Below are positions 13,130 through 25,220 of a stretch of 64,000 nt of DNA, in pieces. How positions within the stretch are numbered: position 1 is the first letter of the stretch; every line of letters starts with the position of its first letter. Under the pieces are notes generated by a model, which saw only the letters and a list, made by a program, of their open reading frames with translations, had not been told where the DNA came from and searched no databases. The translations under genes and the position numbers were made by a program. This DNA comes from Eledone cirrhosa (taxonomy: Eukaryota). The stretch lies in NCBI GenBank assembly GCA_964016885.1, contig OZ024757.1, positions 31,620,001 through 31,684,000 on the forward strand, in the 5' to 3' direction.

Positions 13130-15216
13130 CTTGACAGAGGTTCGGACTTCGTAGTTGCCTAGATGTTGCCTGATTGCTCTGGACAGAGGTTCGGACTTCG
13201 TAGTTGCCTAGATGTTGCCTGATTGCTCTGGACAGAGGTTCGGACTTCGTAGTTGCCTAGATGTTGGGTGGTTGGTCTTGACAGAGGTTCGGACTTCGTA
13301 GTTGCCTAGATGTTGCCTGATTGCTCTGGACAGAGGTTCGGACTTCGTAGTTGCCTAGATGTTGGGTGGTTGGTCTTGACAGAGGTTCGGACTTCGTAGT
13401 TGCCTAGATGTTGCCTGATTGCTCTGGACAGAGGTTCGGACTTCGTAGTTGCCTAGATGTTGGGTGGTTGGTCTTGACAGAGGTTCGGACTTCGTAGTTG
13501 CCTAGATGTTGCCTGATTGCTCTGGACAGAGGTTCGGACTTCGTAGTTGCCTAAATGTTGGGTGATTTGTCTTGAGAGAGGTTCGGACTTCGTAGTTGCC
13601 TAGATATTGGGTGATTGGTCTGGACAGAGGTTCGAACTTCGTAGTTGCCTAAATGTTGGGTGATTGGTCTGGACAGAGGTTCGGACTTCGTAGTTGCCTA
13701 GATGTTGGGTGATTTGTCTTGAGAGAGGTTCGAACTTCGTAGTTGCCTAAATGTTGGGTGATTTGTCTTGAGAGAGGTTCGGACTTCGTAGTTGCCTAGA
13801 TGTTGGGTGATTGGTCTTGACAGAGGTTCGAACTTCGTAGTTGCCTAGATGTTGGGTGATTGCTCTGGACAGAGGTTCGGACTTCGTAGTTGCCTAGATG
13901 TTGGGTGGTTGGTCTTGACAGAGGTTCGGACTTCGTAGTTGCCTAGATCTTGCCTGATTGCTCTGGACAGAGGTTCGGACTTCGTAGTTGCCTAGATGTT
14001 GGGTGGTTGGTCTTGACAGAGGTTCGGACTTCGTAGTTGCCTAGATGTTGCCTGATTGCTCTGGACAGAGGTTCGGACTTCGTAGTTGCCTAAATGTTGG
14101 GTGATTTGTCTTGAGAGAGGTTCGGACTTCGTAGTTGCCTAGATATTGGGTGATTGGTCTGGACAGAGGTTCGAACTTCGTAGTTGCCTAAATGTTGGGT
14201 GATTGGTCTGGACAGAGGTTCGGACTTCGTAGTTGCCTAGATGTTGGGTGATTGGTCTTGACAGAGGTTCGAACTTCGTAGTTGCCTAGATGTTGGGTGA
14301 TTGCTCTGGACAGAGGTTCGGACTTCGTAGTTGCCTAGATGTTGGGTGGTTGGTCTTGACAGAGGTTCGGACTTCGTAGTTGCCTAGATGTTGCCTGATT
14401 GCTCTGGACAGAGGTTCGGACTTCGTAGTTGCCTAAATGTTGGGTGATTTGTCTTGAGAGAGGTTCGGACTTCGTAGTTGCCTAGATATTGGGTGATTGG
14501 TCTGGACAGAGGTTCGAACTTCGTAGTTGCCTAAATGTTGGGTGATTGGTCTGGACAGAGGTTCGGACTTCGTAGTTGCCTAGATGTTGGGTGATTGGTC
14601 TTGACAGAGGTTCGAACTTCGTAGTTGCCTAGATGTTGGGTGATTGCTCTGGACAGAGGTTCGGACTTCGTAGTTGCCTAGATGTTGGGTGGTTGGTCTT
14701 GACAGAGGTTCGGACTTCGTAGTTGCCTAGATGTTGCCTGATTGCTCTGGACAGAGGTTCGGACTTCGTAGTTGGCTAGATGTTGGGTGATTGGTCTTGA
14801 CAGAGGTTCGAACTTCGTAGTTGCCTAGATGTTGGGTGATTGCTCTGGACAGAGGTTCGGACTTCGTAGTTGCCTAGATGTTGGGTGATTGGTCTTGACA
14901 GAGGTTCGAACTTCGTAGTTGCCTAGATGTTGGGTGATTGGTCTGGACAGAGGTTCGGACTTCGTAGTTGCCTAGATGTTGGGTGATTGGTCTGGACAGA
15001 GGTTCGGACTTCGTAGTTGCCTAGATGTTGGGTGATTGGTCTGGACAGAGGTTCGGACTTCGTAGTTGCCTAGATGTTGGGTGATTGGTCTGGACAGAGG
15101 TTCGGACTTCGTAGTTGCCTGATTGCTCTGGACAGAGGTTCGGACTTCGTAGTTGCCTGATTGCTCTGGACAGAGGTTCGGACTTCGTAGTTGCCTGATT
15201 GCTCTGGACAGAGGTT
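13130..15216. repeat. 49-bp tandem satellite, ~42 copies
   Basis: Unit gacagaggttcggacttcgtagttgcctagatgttgggtgattggtctg; period 49 (13182 to 13231); shortened units at the right end. Confidence 0.97.
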
Positions 15217-15742
15217 AACAGATGTTCCTATATACCCACATGTTGCCTGGTGGTTCTTTAGTGATTAGCAGGCCATCATAGTTACACACATGTTACCTAA
15301 TTGCTCTTTACAGTGGTTAGCAGGTTTTCATAGTTGCCTGATTGTCTGGAAGCAGTGTTTGTAGGCTTTGGAAGTTGCCTGCATGTTGCCCGATTGCTTC
15401 TGTTATATGGTCTTCATAGTTGCTCACACATTGCTTGGTTGCCGTACCAAGGCTTTACATATTGAGGATAAATATATACAATGTAGCACCGGCATTCGCG
15501 GTCCCGGTTATTCACGGAGTTTTCCTTAGAACTTGATTAATAATAGTTCGTGAAAACCACCTCATATTCGCGGAATCGTAAATACCTAATAGTAAAACAC
15601 TGAAGGGTTATATCCGTAGTAGTAGAGCACTCAGTCCATGGGACGGGTTTGGTAGAAGTAGTTCCACTACGGCGCGAGCTGAGGATCCGCATAAGGTGTA
15701 ATATTTGTTCTCTGTTTGGTGTACTAACTGTTGTGGAATTAC

Positions 15743-15835
<93 letters not shown>

Positions 15836-15975
15836 TGGCTGGCGTTTATTTATCTACTATTTCTTCATAGGTGCCTTTTAATCTTATAGCCTGGTTTTTG
15901 TGTAGTTGATTATGCTAATTGGGAGAGGAAATGGTGTATATATATTATCAAATGATTCTTTGGACACACTTTATA

Positions 15976-16012
<37 letters not shown>

Positions 16013-16372
16013 CAAAGAGATATTTAATTTGTTGGTAATTCAACAAATTTATTTATAACAGATTCCAAGCAGTCTACAGAATTCTTCTGGAGTATAAATA
16101 TCAATGATATTAATAAATGGAAACTATCTTTATAAAACCATATTTATTTTATTATATATATTTCAAGGGTACCAAAACAACTTTTGTATTTTATCTGAGA
16201 TGAAATACAAAAGTTGTTTTATTAGTATTGACCCCCCCCCCCAATTCTTTCAATGATACGAAAGATTTCCTGGTGGAAGTTCAGCTATACTCCGGACTCC
16301 GGGTTGGTATCCAGTTTCAGGGTGAACATCCAATTAGAAAATCCAACGAATTTGAGAGGTCCACATAGATGT

Positions 16373-16404
<32 letters not shown>

Positions 16405-16408
<4 letters not shown>

Positions 16409-16579
16409 TTAATATAGATGAGATTCTACAGGACTAGAACTGTTTCATTCTTTAGATGATTTCTAAAGAATGAAACGGTTCTAGTCCTGTAGAATCTCAT
16501 CTATATTAAAACTTTTATACTCTGCAATGTATTGAGTACCTTACTTACTGTGGTTACCTCCGATTCAACCCGGAATAAC

Positions 16580-16582
<3 letters not shown>
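16405..16582 (+). mobile_element. Penelope-like pLTR, family C, with 5' inverted duplication; 5'-clipped hammerhead
   Basis: Inverted repeat 16405-16513; gatgatttctaaagaatgaaacggttctagtcctgtagaatc is a hammerhead lacking its first CU and 5' helix I strand; (TA)n on both sides. Confidence 0.75.
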
Positions 16583-16613
<31 letters not shown>

Positions 16614-16654
16614 GATATATTAACAAATGGAAACTTCATATATAAAACCATATT

Positions 16655-16719
16655 TATTTTATTATACATATTTCAAGGACACCAAGTTAAATTATGGTGT
16701 GTTTTCATCAGATAAAATA
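16655..16719 (-). ncRNA. Type I hammerhead ribozyme motif, family D
   Basis: UAUUUUAU-CUGAUGA-aaacACACCA..UGGUGUccuu-GAAA-UAUGUA-UA/AUAAAAUA; 8-bp helix I. Confidence 0.75.
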
Positions 16720-16859
16720 TAATAAATATTGACATACCCTTAAAGAATATATATATATATATATATCGATCGACTTTCGTCAAATGGAACCGAGGAAACA
16801 ATGTTTTCGTTGGCCTTTCCAGTTGCGAGGTACTATCTATCTGTCGCAACTCCAGGTAG

Positions 16860-16918
16860 AAGGAGCAACGTGAAATAAAGTGTCTTGCTCAAGGACATAA
16901 CGCATCGCCCGGTCCAGA
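16860..16918 (-). mobile_element. CORE-SINE-like fragment
   Basis: Reverse complement gtccttgagcaagacactttatttcacgttgctcc resembles the SINE CORE domain. Confidence 0.55.
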
Positions 16919-16929
16919 AAGACTGCTTG

Positions 16930-17007
<78 letters not shown>

Positions 17008-17018
17008 ATATGTGTGTA

Positions 17019-17126
17019 TGTAAAAGGTAAACAGAAACAATAACACAATCAGTACAGTATCTGGAAGGGATATATTCCTTCCAGATCCTGTAAGGATTGT
17101 GTTGTTGTTTCTGTTTACCTTTTACA
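17019..17126. mobile_element. Fold-back copy of family E pLTR end
   Basis: Imperfect palindrome; arm tgtaaaaggtaaacagaaacaataacacaatcagtaca also occurs at 60709 and 62020. Confidence 0.6.
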
Positions 17127-17832
17127 CGCACGCAGGCACACGCACACACGCGCACGCACACACACGCAGGCACACGCACACACACGCACGCGCACACACG
17201 CAGGCACACGCACACACACGCACGCGCACGCACACACACGCAGGCACACGCACACACACGCACGCGCACGCACATGCGCATGCACACGCACACGCACACA
17301 CACGCACGCGCACGCACATGCGCATGCACACACACACACACACACACACACACGGACATAGATACACACGTACGTACACACACACACACACACACACACA
17401 GACATAGATACACACGTACACACACACACACGTACACACACACACACGTACACACACGCACACGTACACAAACACACGCGTGTGATGTTGACGATTGACG
17501 ATATGATTGGAATCTCATTGAATTTCTCGAGGGGGAAGGGGAAGTTACATTTCGGATTCAGTGTCAGTTGTTGCTATTTTTAAACCTTATTACATGACAA
17601 AAAAGACAAATGACAAAGGATATATTTAAAAATATAACTGCTCATTAACAAAGGGTGTTTGTGTTGGTTTATATTTCAATTCAAATAAGTTCCCTATTAT
17701 GGTGTTGTTTTTTTGTAATTCATTCATATACCTTGGGTTCAGGGCCGATGCTACGATTCAGGACAACCAGGCAGCCTACACACGCACAATTTTTCAGGAA
17801 TAGGGAACATACCATCTTTTGTTTTTTGTTTA

Positions 17833-18215
17833 TCTAAACTATAATAAAGAAGGGAGTGCGGGACTGCGTCCAGAATATATTTCTTTTACCCCCCCGTTTG
17901 TAAAATAAGTTGGATTACTTTGAATAAATAATTGTTTCTATTTTGGGCACAAGGCCAGCAATTATCCCAGTGCATTACTGGTACTTTATTTTATCGACCC
18001 CGTAAGGATGAAAGGCAAAGTTAACCTCGGCGGGATTTGAACTCAGAATAGCAAGGGCCGTAACTCTATGCGTCAAAGCATGGCGTCCGACCCTCTACCG
18101 ATACTGCCAATCCCCCGCCATTTTGAATAAATAATTAATGAATATTACATAATTTATCTACTGAATTTCGTAACTCTTGATTAAATATGTTTTATTGCTT
18201 ATTTAAAGAGTTTTT
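17833..18215 (+). mobile_element. Non-autonomous Helitron-like element (5' part), interrupted by a SINE
   Basis: Starts tctaaactataataaag; homologous to 23316-23490. Confidence 0.55.
17933..18121 (-). mobile_element. Full-length tRNA-derived SINE with 14-bp TSD
   Basis: A-box tggcagtatcggtag and B-box gagttcaaatccc on the minus strand; TSD tttgaataaataat at 17919-17932 and 18122-18135. Confidence 0.92.
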
Positions 18216-18279
18216 GCTTTTTTTTAAACCTTATTACATGACAAAAAGGACAAATGACAAAGGGTATATTTTTTGCTGT

Positions 18280-18760
18280 TGGTAGTGTTGGTGATGGCGT
18301 TAGTGTTGATGGTGGTGGTGTTGTTACTAGTGTTGGTGAGGATGATGGCGTTAGTGTTGGTGATGATGGCGTTAGTGTTGGTGATACTGATGGTGTTAGT
18401 GTAGGTGGTGGTGTTGATGGTGTTGTTAGTGATGGTGGTGATGGTGTTGCTGGTGATGATGATGATGGTGGTGATGGTTATGATGGTGATGGTGATGGTG
18501 GTGGTGATGGTGGTGGTGGTGGTGGTGATGGTGATGGTGATGGTGGTGATGATGGTGTTGTTAGTGATGGTGGTGGTGGTGGTTTTGGTGGTGGTGGTGG
18601 TGATGATGGCGTCAGTATTGGTGGTGTTGGTGATGATGGCGTCAGTATTGGTGGTGTTGGTGATGATGGCGTCAGTATTGGTGGTGTTGGTGATAATGGT
18701 AATAATGTTGATGATGATGACGATGATGTTATAATTGATGATGACGATGATGCTGTTGTT
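18280..18760. repeat. (GAT/GGT)n low-complexity tract
   Basis: Visible. Confidence 0.9.
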
Positions 18761-18914
18761 TAACACTAGTTAAGCCTACAATATAACAATGTTATCAAAA
18801 CCTGACATATTATGCAGCCCCCCTTTATTCATACCATAATACCATAGATATATATTTATCTCAATTCCCTGTCATTCAGACAAACCATGTTCAATTATGT
18901 ATGTATTGACTGGT

Positions 18915-19545
18915 AACTCCTGATGCAGTCGTAGAGGCACCAAATTGACATACGGCCCTTCTAGGGCATAAAAAAAAAAATGGCAGAGCCAATGTCTTCT
19001 CCGGGTCTGAATACAGCAGATTTCTTCCAGGAAAAAGAGAGAGACTGATGCAGTCGTAGGAGAGCCAAATTGATATACAACGTTTCTAAGCCATTTTTAA
19101 AAATAAAAACCTGGAAACCTGGCAGAGTCCATCTCATATCAAGGTCTGAATACAGCAGATTTCTTCTACAGAATAATTGAGAGACTGATGCAGTCATAGG
19201 GGTGCCACATTGCCATACAGTGTTTCTAGGGCATTTAAAAAAAAAATTGGTTGAGTCAACTCCTCTTCAGGTCTGAATACAGCAGATTTCTTTCAGAGAA
19301 AGATGGAGAGACTGATGCAGTGTTGACATACGGCCTTTCTAGGGTATTTAAAAAAAAAAATGGCAGAGTTAATCTCCTCTTCAGGTCTGAATACAGCAGA
19401 TTTCTTTCAGAGAAAGATGGAGAGACTGATGCAGTCATAGGGGTGCCATATTAACATACGACGTTTCTAAGCCATTTTTAAAAATAAAAACCTAGAAACC
19501 TGGCAGGTATGAATACAGCAGATTTCGTCGAGAATGACAGAGAAT
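18915..19545. repeat. Degenerate ~120-140-bp tandem repeat, ~5 units
   Basis: Recurring ggtctgaatacagcagatttc and gagactgatgcagtc. Confidence 0.8.
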
Positions 19546-19564
19546 CGACCGCAGTATTAGACCT

Positions 19565-19675
19565 TAAAGTGATGAAAAGCAAAGTTGACCTTGGTGGGAT
19601 TTGAACGCAGAGAGCAAAGAGTCGGAACGATACTGCAAAGCATTATATCCGACAATCTCACGACTCTGCCAATTT
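19565..19675 (-). mobile_element. Older diverged SINE 5' half
   Basis: gatgaaaagcaaagttgaccttggtgggatttgaac...actctgccaa. Confidence 0.65.
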
Positions 19676-19752
19676 GACGTCTTCCATGTCCAATTGTACG
19701 GGTTCCCAAATATCCTAGGGGCTCGGATAATCGACCCCGCTTATTAATTAAT

Positions 19753-19937
19753 TGTTTCTACTTTTGGCACAAGGCCAGCAATTATCCCAGTGCATTACTG
19801 GTACTTTATTTTATCGACCCCGTAAGGACGAAAGGCAAAGTTAACCTCGACGGGATTTGAACTCAGACTGTAAAGGGACGTAACTCTATGGTGGAAAGCA
19901 TGGTGTCTGACCCTCTATTGATACTGCCAATCCACTG
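19753..19937 (-). mobile_element. Full-length SINE with 17-bp TSD
   Basis: TSD cccgcttattaattaat at 19736-19752 and 19938-19954. Confidence 0.92.
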
Positions 19938-20805
19938 CCCGCTTATTAATTAATATGTACTAGGAAATATACTATATATGTTCACATACTGACACTGATA
20001 CAAATACACACACTCCCACACACTGACACACACTGATACACACACTCCCACACTCCCACACACTGACACACACTGACACACACTGACACACACTGACACA
20101 CACTCCCACACTCGGACACACTCCCACACACACTCCTACACACTAACACACTCCCGCACTAACACACTCCCGCACTAACACACTCCCACACTAACACACA
20201 CTCCCGCACTCCCACACTAACACACACTCCCGCACTCCCACACTAACACACTCCCACACTAACGCACTCCCACACTAACGCACTCCCACACTAACACACT
20301 CCCACACTAACACACTCCCACACTAACACACTCCCACACTAACACACTCAAACTCTCACATTCTCACTCTCACACACTCCCACCTCTCACTCTCACACAC
20401 TCCCACCTCTCACTCTCACACACTCTAACACACTCACACACTCACACACACTAACACTCTCACACACACTCACACACTAACACTCTCTCACACAAACAGT
20501 TTATCTAGTATGAATCTCCAATGATGTTCTGGTATGTCATATCTAATATCTTAACACACACACACACTCACACACACACACACATAAATATATATACACA
20601 CACAGATACATATATAACTATAATAATGTATACCCAGTTGTAACATCTGGAAATGTAAGATGTACCAGAGTACAATCTATTTAACAGGTGTTATCCTGGT
20701 TGTTGTTGTTGTTATCGTGGTTGTTGTTGTTGTTATCGTGATTGTTGTTGTTAACTGTTAAAACTTGATTCAATACTAGGTTAATCTCTTCATTTTTACA
20801 AAACT

Positions 20806-20869
<64 letters not shown>

Positions 20870-21105
20870 ACTCTCTCTCTCTCTCTAACTCTCTCTCTCT
20901 CTAACTCTCTGTCTCTCTTTCTCTCTAACTCTCTCTCTGTCTCTCTTTCTCTCTAACTCTCTCTCTGTCTCTCTCTCTCTCTAACTCTCTCTCTGTCTCT
21001 CTTTCTCTCTAACTCTCTCTCTGTCTCTCTTTCTCTCTAACTCTCTCTCTGTCTCTCTCTGTCTCTCTCTCTCTCTATCTCTGTGTCTCTCTCTATATAT
21101 ATATA

Positions 21106-21240
21106 TACAAGGGGTGTCAGAAAAGTTCCAGGGCTGATGTCACAAAAGATTTATTTCAAACCCAAACTTCACACTGAGAGTTTTCTCCTTCAAAGTCATA
21201 CCCTGGAGTATGTAACTGTAATCTTAGCTCTTTGCAGCGA
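21106..21240. mobile_element. Mariner-like transposon end fragment
   Basis: TA followed by caaggggtgtcagaaaagttccaggg, resembling mariner TIRs; partner end not seen. Confidence 0.45.
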
Positions 21241-21284
21241 TCAAACTTTTTTCTTCATAATTTTATATACATGTCCTCTGTTTC

Positions 21285-21344
<60 letters not shown>

Positions 21345-21367
21345 GGTAAAAAATCCGTATTGCATTA

Positions 21368-21447
21368 ATTACATATGTTTCACTGCTGATCAACTCGAGG
21401 AACGATCGAATAGTGTTCGTTCCTGACTCTGGAATATGGAGTTCCTC

Positions 21448-21451
<4 letters not shown>
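21368..21451 (-). ncRNA. Hammerhead-like motif with extended helix II, family F
   Basis: CUGAGGA-ACU...(~55 nt with AGGAACGA/UCGUUCCU hairpin)...AGU-GAAA-CAUAUG-UA; palindromic helix III ACAUAUGU; 5' helix I truncated by (TA)n. Confidence 0.6.
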
Positions 21452-21487
<36 letters not shown>

Positions 21488-21588
21488 GAAAAATAATGCA
21501 TTCAACCGTGTGTATGTGTATATATATATATATTTTTATTTTCAATGTGATTCAGTGAAACCCATAGAAAGGTTATATATATATATAC

Positions 21589-21657
<69 letters not shown>

Positions 21658-21692
21658 CATACATATACATATATATATATATATATATATAC

Positions 21693-21793
<101 letters not shown>

Positions 21794-21794
21794 C

Positions 21795-21845
<51 letters not shown>

Positions 21846-21846
21846 C

Positions 21847-21881
<35 letters not shown>

Positions 21882-21894
21882 CACATATATATAC

Positions 21895-21977
<83 letters not shown>

Positions 21978-22149
21978 AATGAGAGAGAGATTTACACACA
22001 CAAGTACAAGTTGGTTCTTAGAAAGTGAGATAGAAAATTAAAGTACAAATCCGTCAACGAGAATTGAACCAGGCATCCACATTGTGTGATTCATTGCGCT
22101 TTACGTACGTTTGTACTCTAATTGTGTATATATTTGATACAGGAACAAA

Positions 22150-23312
22150 GCTCCAAGAATTTTGAGTAATATAACTAACTTTCTCATTATTAAACAGATG
22201 TTTGGAATATAACTTAACAAAGGTTATTAGATAAATTTATGATGGAAGGTTTTTAAACAGATAGAAACACTTTAACTATTTCGTTACCATATTCCTAATG
22301 AAAGACACTATATAATTTTCAAATCATTTTGTAATGAAGATAATTAATAACAGCATTGTTTCTTTCCAGGGACTATGTTGAAAAATAAATCTCATTTGGT
22401 CATTCCGTGAGAGTATCTTAGTCGACCCTTGTAACTTAAAGGTTCTTGCACCAGATTATGACGCAAGGCTTTTAGATGAATATAGAAACTTTAACCTTTT
22501 CGTTACCATATGTCTATTGAAAGCCACTATGATTTTTATATAACTTTCTCATTATTAAGCTGGAGTTTGGAACATAACTCAACAAAGGTTCTTACATAAA
22601 ATCATTAACTTTACCATTACCATATTTCTAATGAAAGATACAGTTTGATTTTCAAATCATTTAAAAAATAATCAAGACTTTTGAGCGATTTAATAACTAA
22701 CATTCTCAATATTGAGCTGGTGTTTGGAACATAACTTAACAAAGGTTCTTAGATAAATTTAAATACTATAATCCTTTCGTTACAATATATCTAATGGAAC
22801 ACACTATCTATGATTTTCAAATAACTTGGGAAATAATCAAGAATTTGGCGAGATTAAGCTGGTGTTTGGAACATAACTCAACAAAAGTTCTAATTATAAT
22901 TGTTTCTACTTTTGGCACAAGGCCAGCAATTACCGAGTGCATTACTCGTACTTTATTTCATCGACCCCGTAAGGCAAAGTTGACCCCGGCAGGAATTGAA
23001 CTCAGACTAAAGAGCCGTAACTCTATGAAAATAATTAAAATTTGGAAGCGATTAAGTAAAATAACTAACTTTCTCATTATTAAACTGGATTTTGGAACGT
23101 AACTTAACAAAGGTTTTTACATAATATTATAATGGAAGGTTTTTAGATAAATATAAACACTTAAAACCTTTGTTACCATATTTCCAATGAAATATACTGC
23201 CTATAATTTTTCATATAATTTTGAAAATAATAAAAATTTTGGAGTGATTTAGTTAAACAACTTTCTCATTATTAAACTTGATTTTGGAACGTAACTTAAC
23301 AAAGGCTTTTAC
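22150..23312. repeat. Degenerate AT-rich tandem repeat, ~6 units of ~150-200 bp
   Basis: Recurring ctttctcattattaa..tttggaac.taacttaacaaagg and ttcgttaccatat. Confidence 0.75.
22900..23028 (-). mobile_element. SINE fragment
   Basis: Reverse complement of the SINE core and 3' end. Confidence 0.8.
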
Positions 23313-23315
23313 ATA

Positions 23316-23800
23316 CAACTATAATAAAGGGAGGAGCGCGGGACTGCGTCCAGAATATTTTTTTTTATCCCGTTTGTAAAATAAATTGGATTACTTTGAA
23401 TAAATAATGAATGAATATTACATAATTTATCTACTAAATTTCGTGGCTGTTGATTAAATATAAATAATTTTATTGCTTATTTTAAGATTCACTTCTTTAA
23501 AATTTTCAAATGTCAACACTTCCGGTTAGCGATCACTTAAATAAACATTCATATATTTCCGTCGCTAATGTTCTCCTAATGCAGTTTATATATAATATCG
23601 TCTTTTTTAAATGTATCATGGATTACGTTACTGATTACACAAGACAGTGTAACACAGTCACTCTTCAATTTCAGTATATATTCTCAATTAAGATTTTATT
23701 TGACGTTTCATATCTAAATGCATATATACTTACGTATAATATCAATATGCACACTACACATGCTAGCAGAAAACCACGCGTGAAGTGGCTTTACTGCTAG
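23316..23800 (+). mobile_element. Non-autonomous Helitron-like element
   Basis: 5' end actataataaagg; 3' subterminal hairpin aaccac..gtggct followed by CTAG then T. Confidence 0.55.
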
Positions 23801-23919
23801 TATATCTAATGACCTTGTAATTGGTACAGATTGTGGATTTAACAATAGAAACAGTCAACTGTTCCATATTTCTAGAATTTCTGTCACATTTCTTTGGCTT
23901 TTTCTTTATTTTGCTCCCG

Positions 23920-23962
<43 letters not shown>

Positions 23963-24172
23963 CCTCTTTCTCTTTCTCTATATATATATATCACGCTCGT
24001 TCGTTTGCTCTGTCTCCCCCGTCTCGCCTTTCTATCTCTCCCCCGTCTCACCTTTCTATCTCTTTCTCTCTCACTCTTGCTCTCTTTCTCTCTTGCTCTC
24101 TCTCTCGTATATATACATACACACACACATATATATATATGTAGGTAGTATTGGATATCTTTCTCAGTCGGT

Positions 24173-24210
<38 letters not shown>

Positions 24211-24496
24211 ACCGACTGTGAGTCTTTTAAGACTATACAGAGCATTTGATGTTATTCCAAATTGAAGGATAAGTGTTTCAAACTGTATTTTATCATGAGT
24301 TAAAGGTCTATAGATTTTTCCCTGGATTTTACTAAATTCTGTGGATGAATTTATATCCTGATTCTCTTTTGAGATGAGTTTGAGTTATTTTTCCTAAATC
24401 TTTCGTTAACTACTTTTCCCATCTTGACGTTATAGTCGCATATATGTTATAGAATGCCGTTAGCTTCTTGCTAAAACAATCTCTATACCTCTCATT

Positions 24497-24527
<31 letters not shown>

Positions 24528-25020
24528 GTGTGTGTATGTGTTTGTGCATATATGCATAAAATACATGTGTGTATGTATGTGTAAAGTGTTTGTTCTGAAA
24601 GCAACAACGAAAATGAGGGTTGGCAACATAATGGTGAGAGAGAGAGGAAGATAGATATGGCTGGGAGAGGTTCGAGAAAGAGAGAGAGAGTGGGTGAGAA
24701 GACAGAGCGGTGTGAAGGAAGAGAGAGCGGGGGAGAAACATCTGAGAGGAATATGTGGAGAGAGAGAGAGAGAGAGGTCTGAAAAAGAGGGGGGAGAGAG
24801 AGATAAAGAAAGAAGAGAGAGCAGAGAGAGAGAGAGATATGAAGAGGGAGAGAGAGATATAGAGGGAGAGGTCTGAAGGACATGAGAGAGAGAGAGATGA
24901 AGAAGAGAGAGAGGAGAGAGAAATTTGATAAATGAAGAAAGAAGACAGATCTGAGTGGGGGGAGGAGATGAGGGAGAAAGATGAAGGAAGAAAGAGTTGT
25001 GGAGACAAAGAGAGAAAGAG

Positions 25021-25058
<38 letters not shown>

Positions 25059-25183
25059 GAGAAGGATAAGAGTAAAAGATATGAAAATGTGGAATTGGGT
25101 TAAATATGTTGAAGAGGGTTAGAAATTCTGACTGTTAGGTAAACTTGTACAGTAGGTGTGTGTGTGTGGGGGGGGGGGGGGTA

Positions 25184-25184
25184 G

Positions 25185-25220
<36 letters not shown>

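Noticed and set aside
13130-15216. CRISPR-like array (constant core plus variable part)
   Set aside because: The variable parts are a few related variants rather than unique spacers; eukaryotic context and no cas genes
17933-18121. tRNA gene
   Set aside because: A and B boxes belong to a SINE head with TSDs; no cloverleaf
18915-19545. ctgatgcag repeats as ribozyme cores
   Set aside because: Does not match CUGANGA and helices do not form
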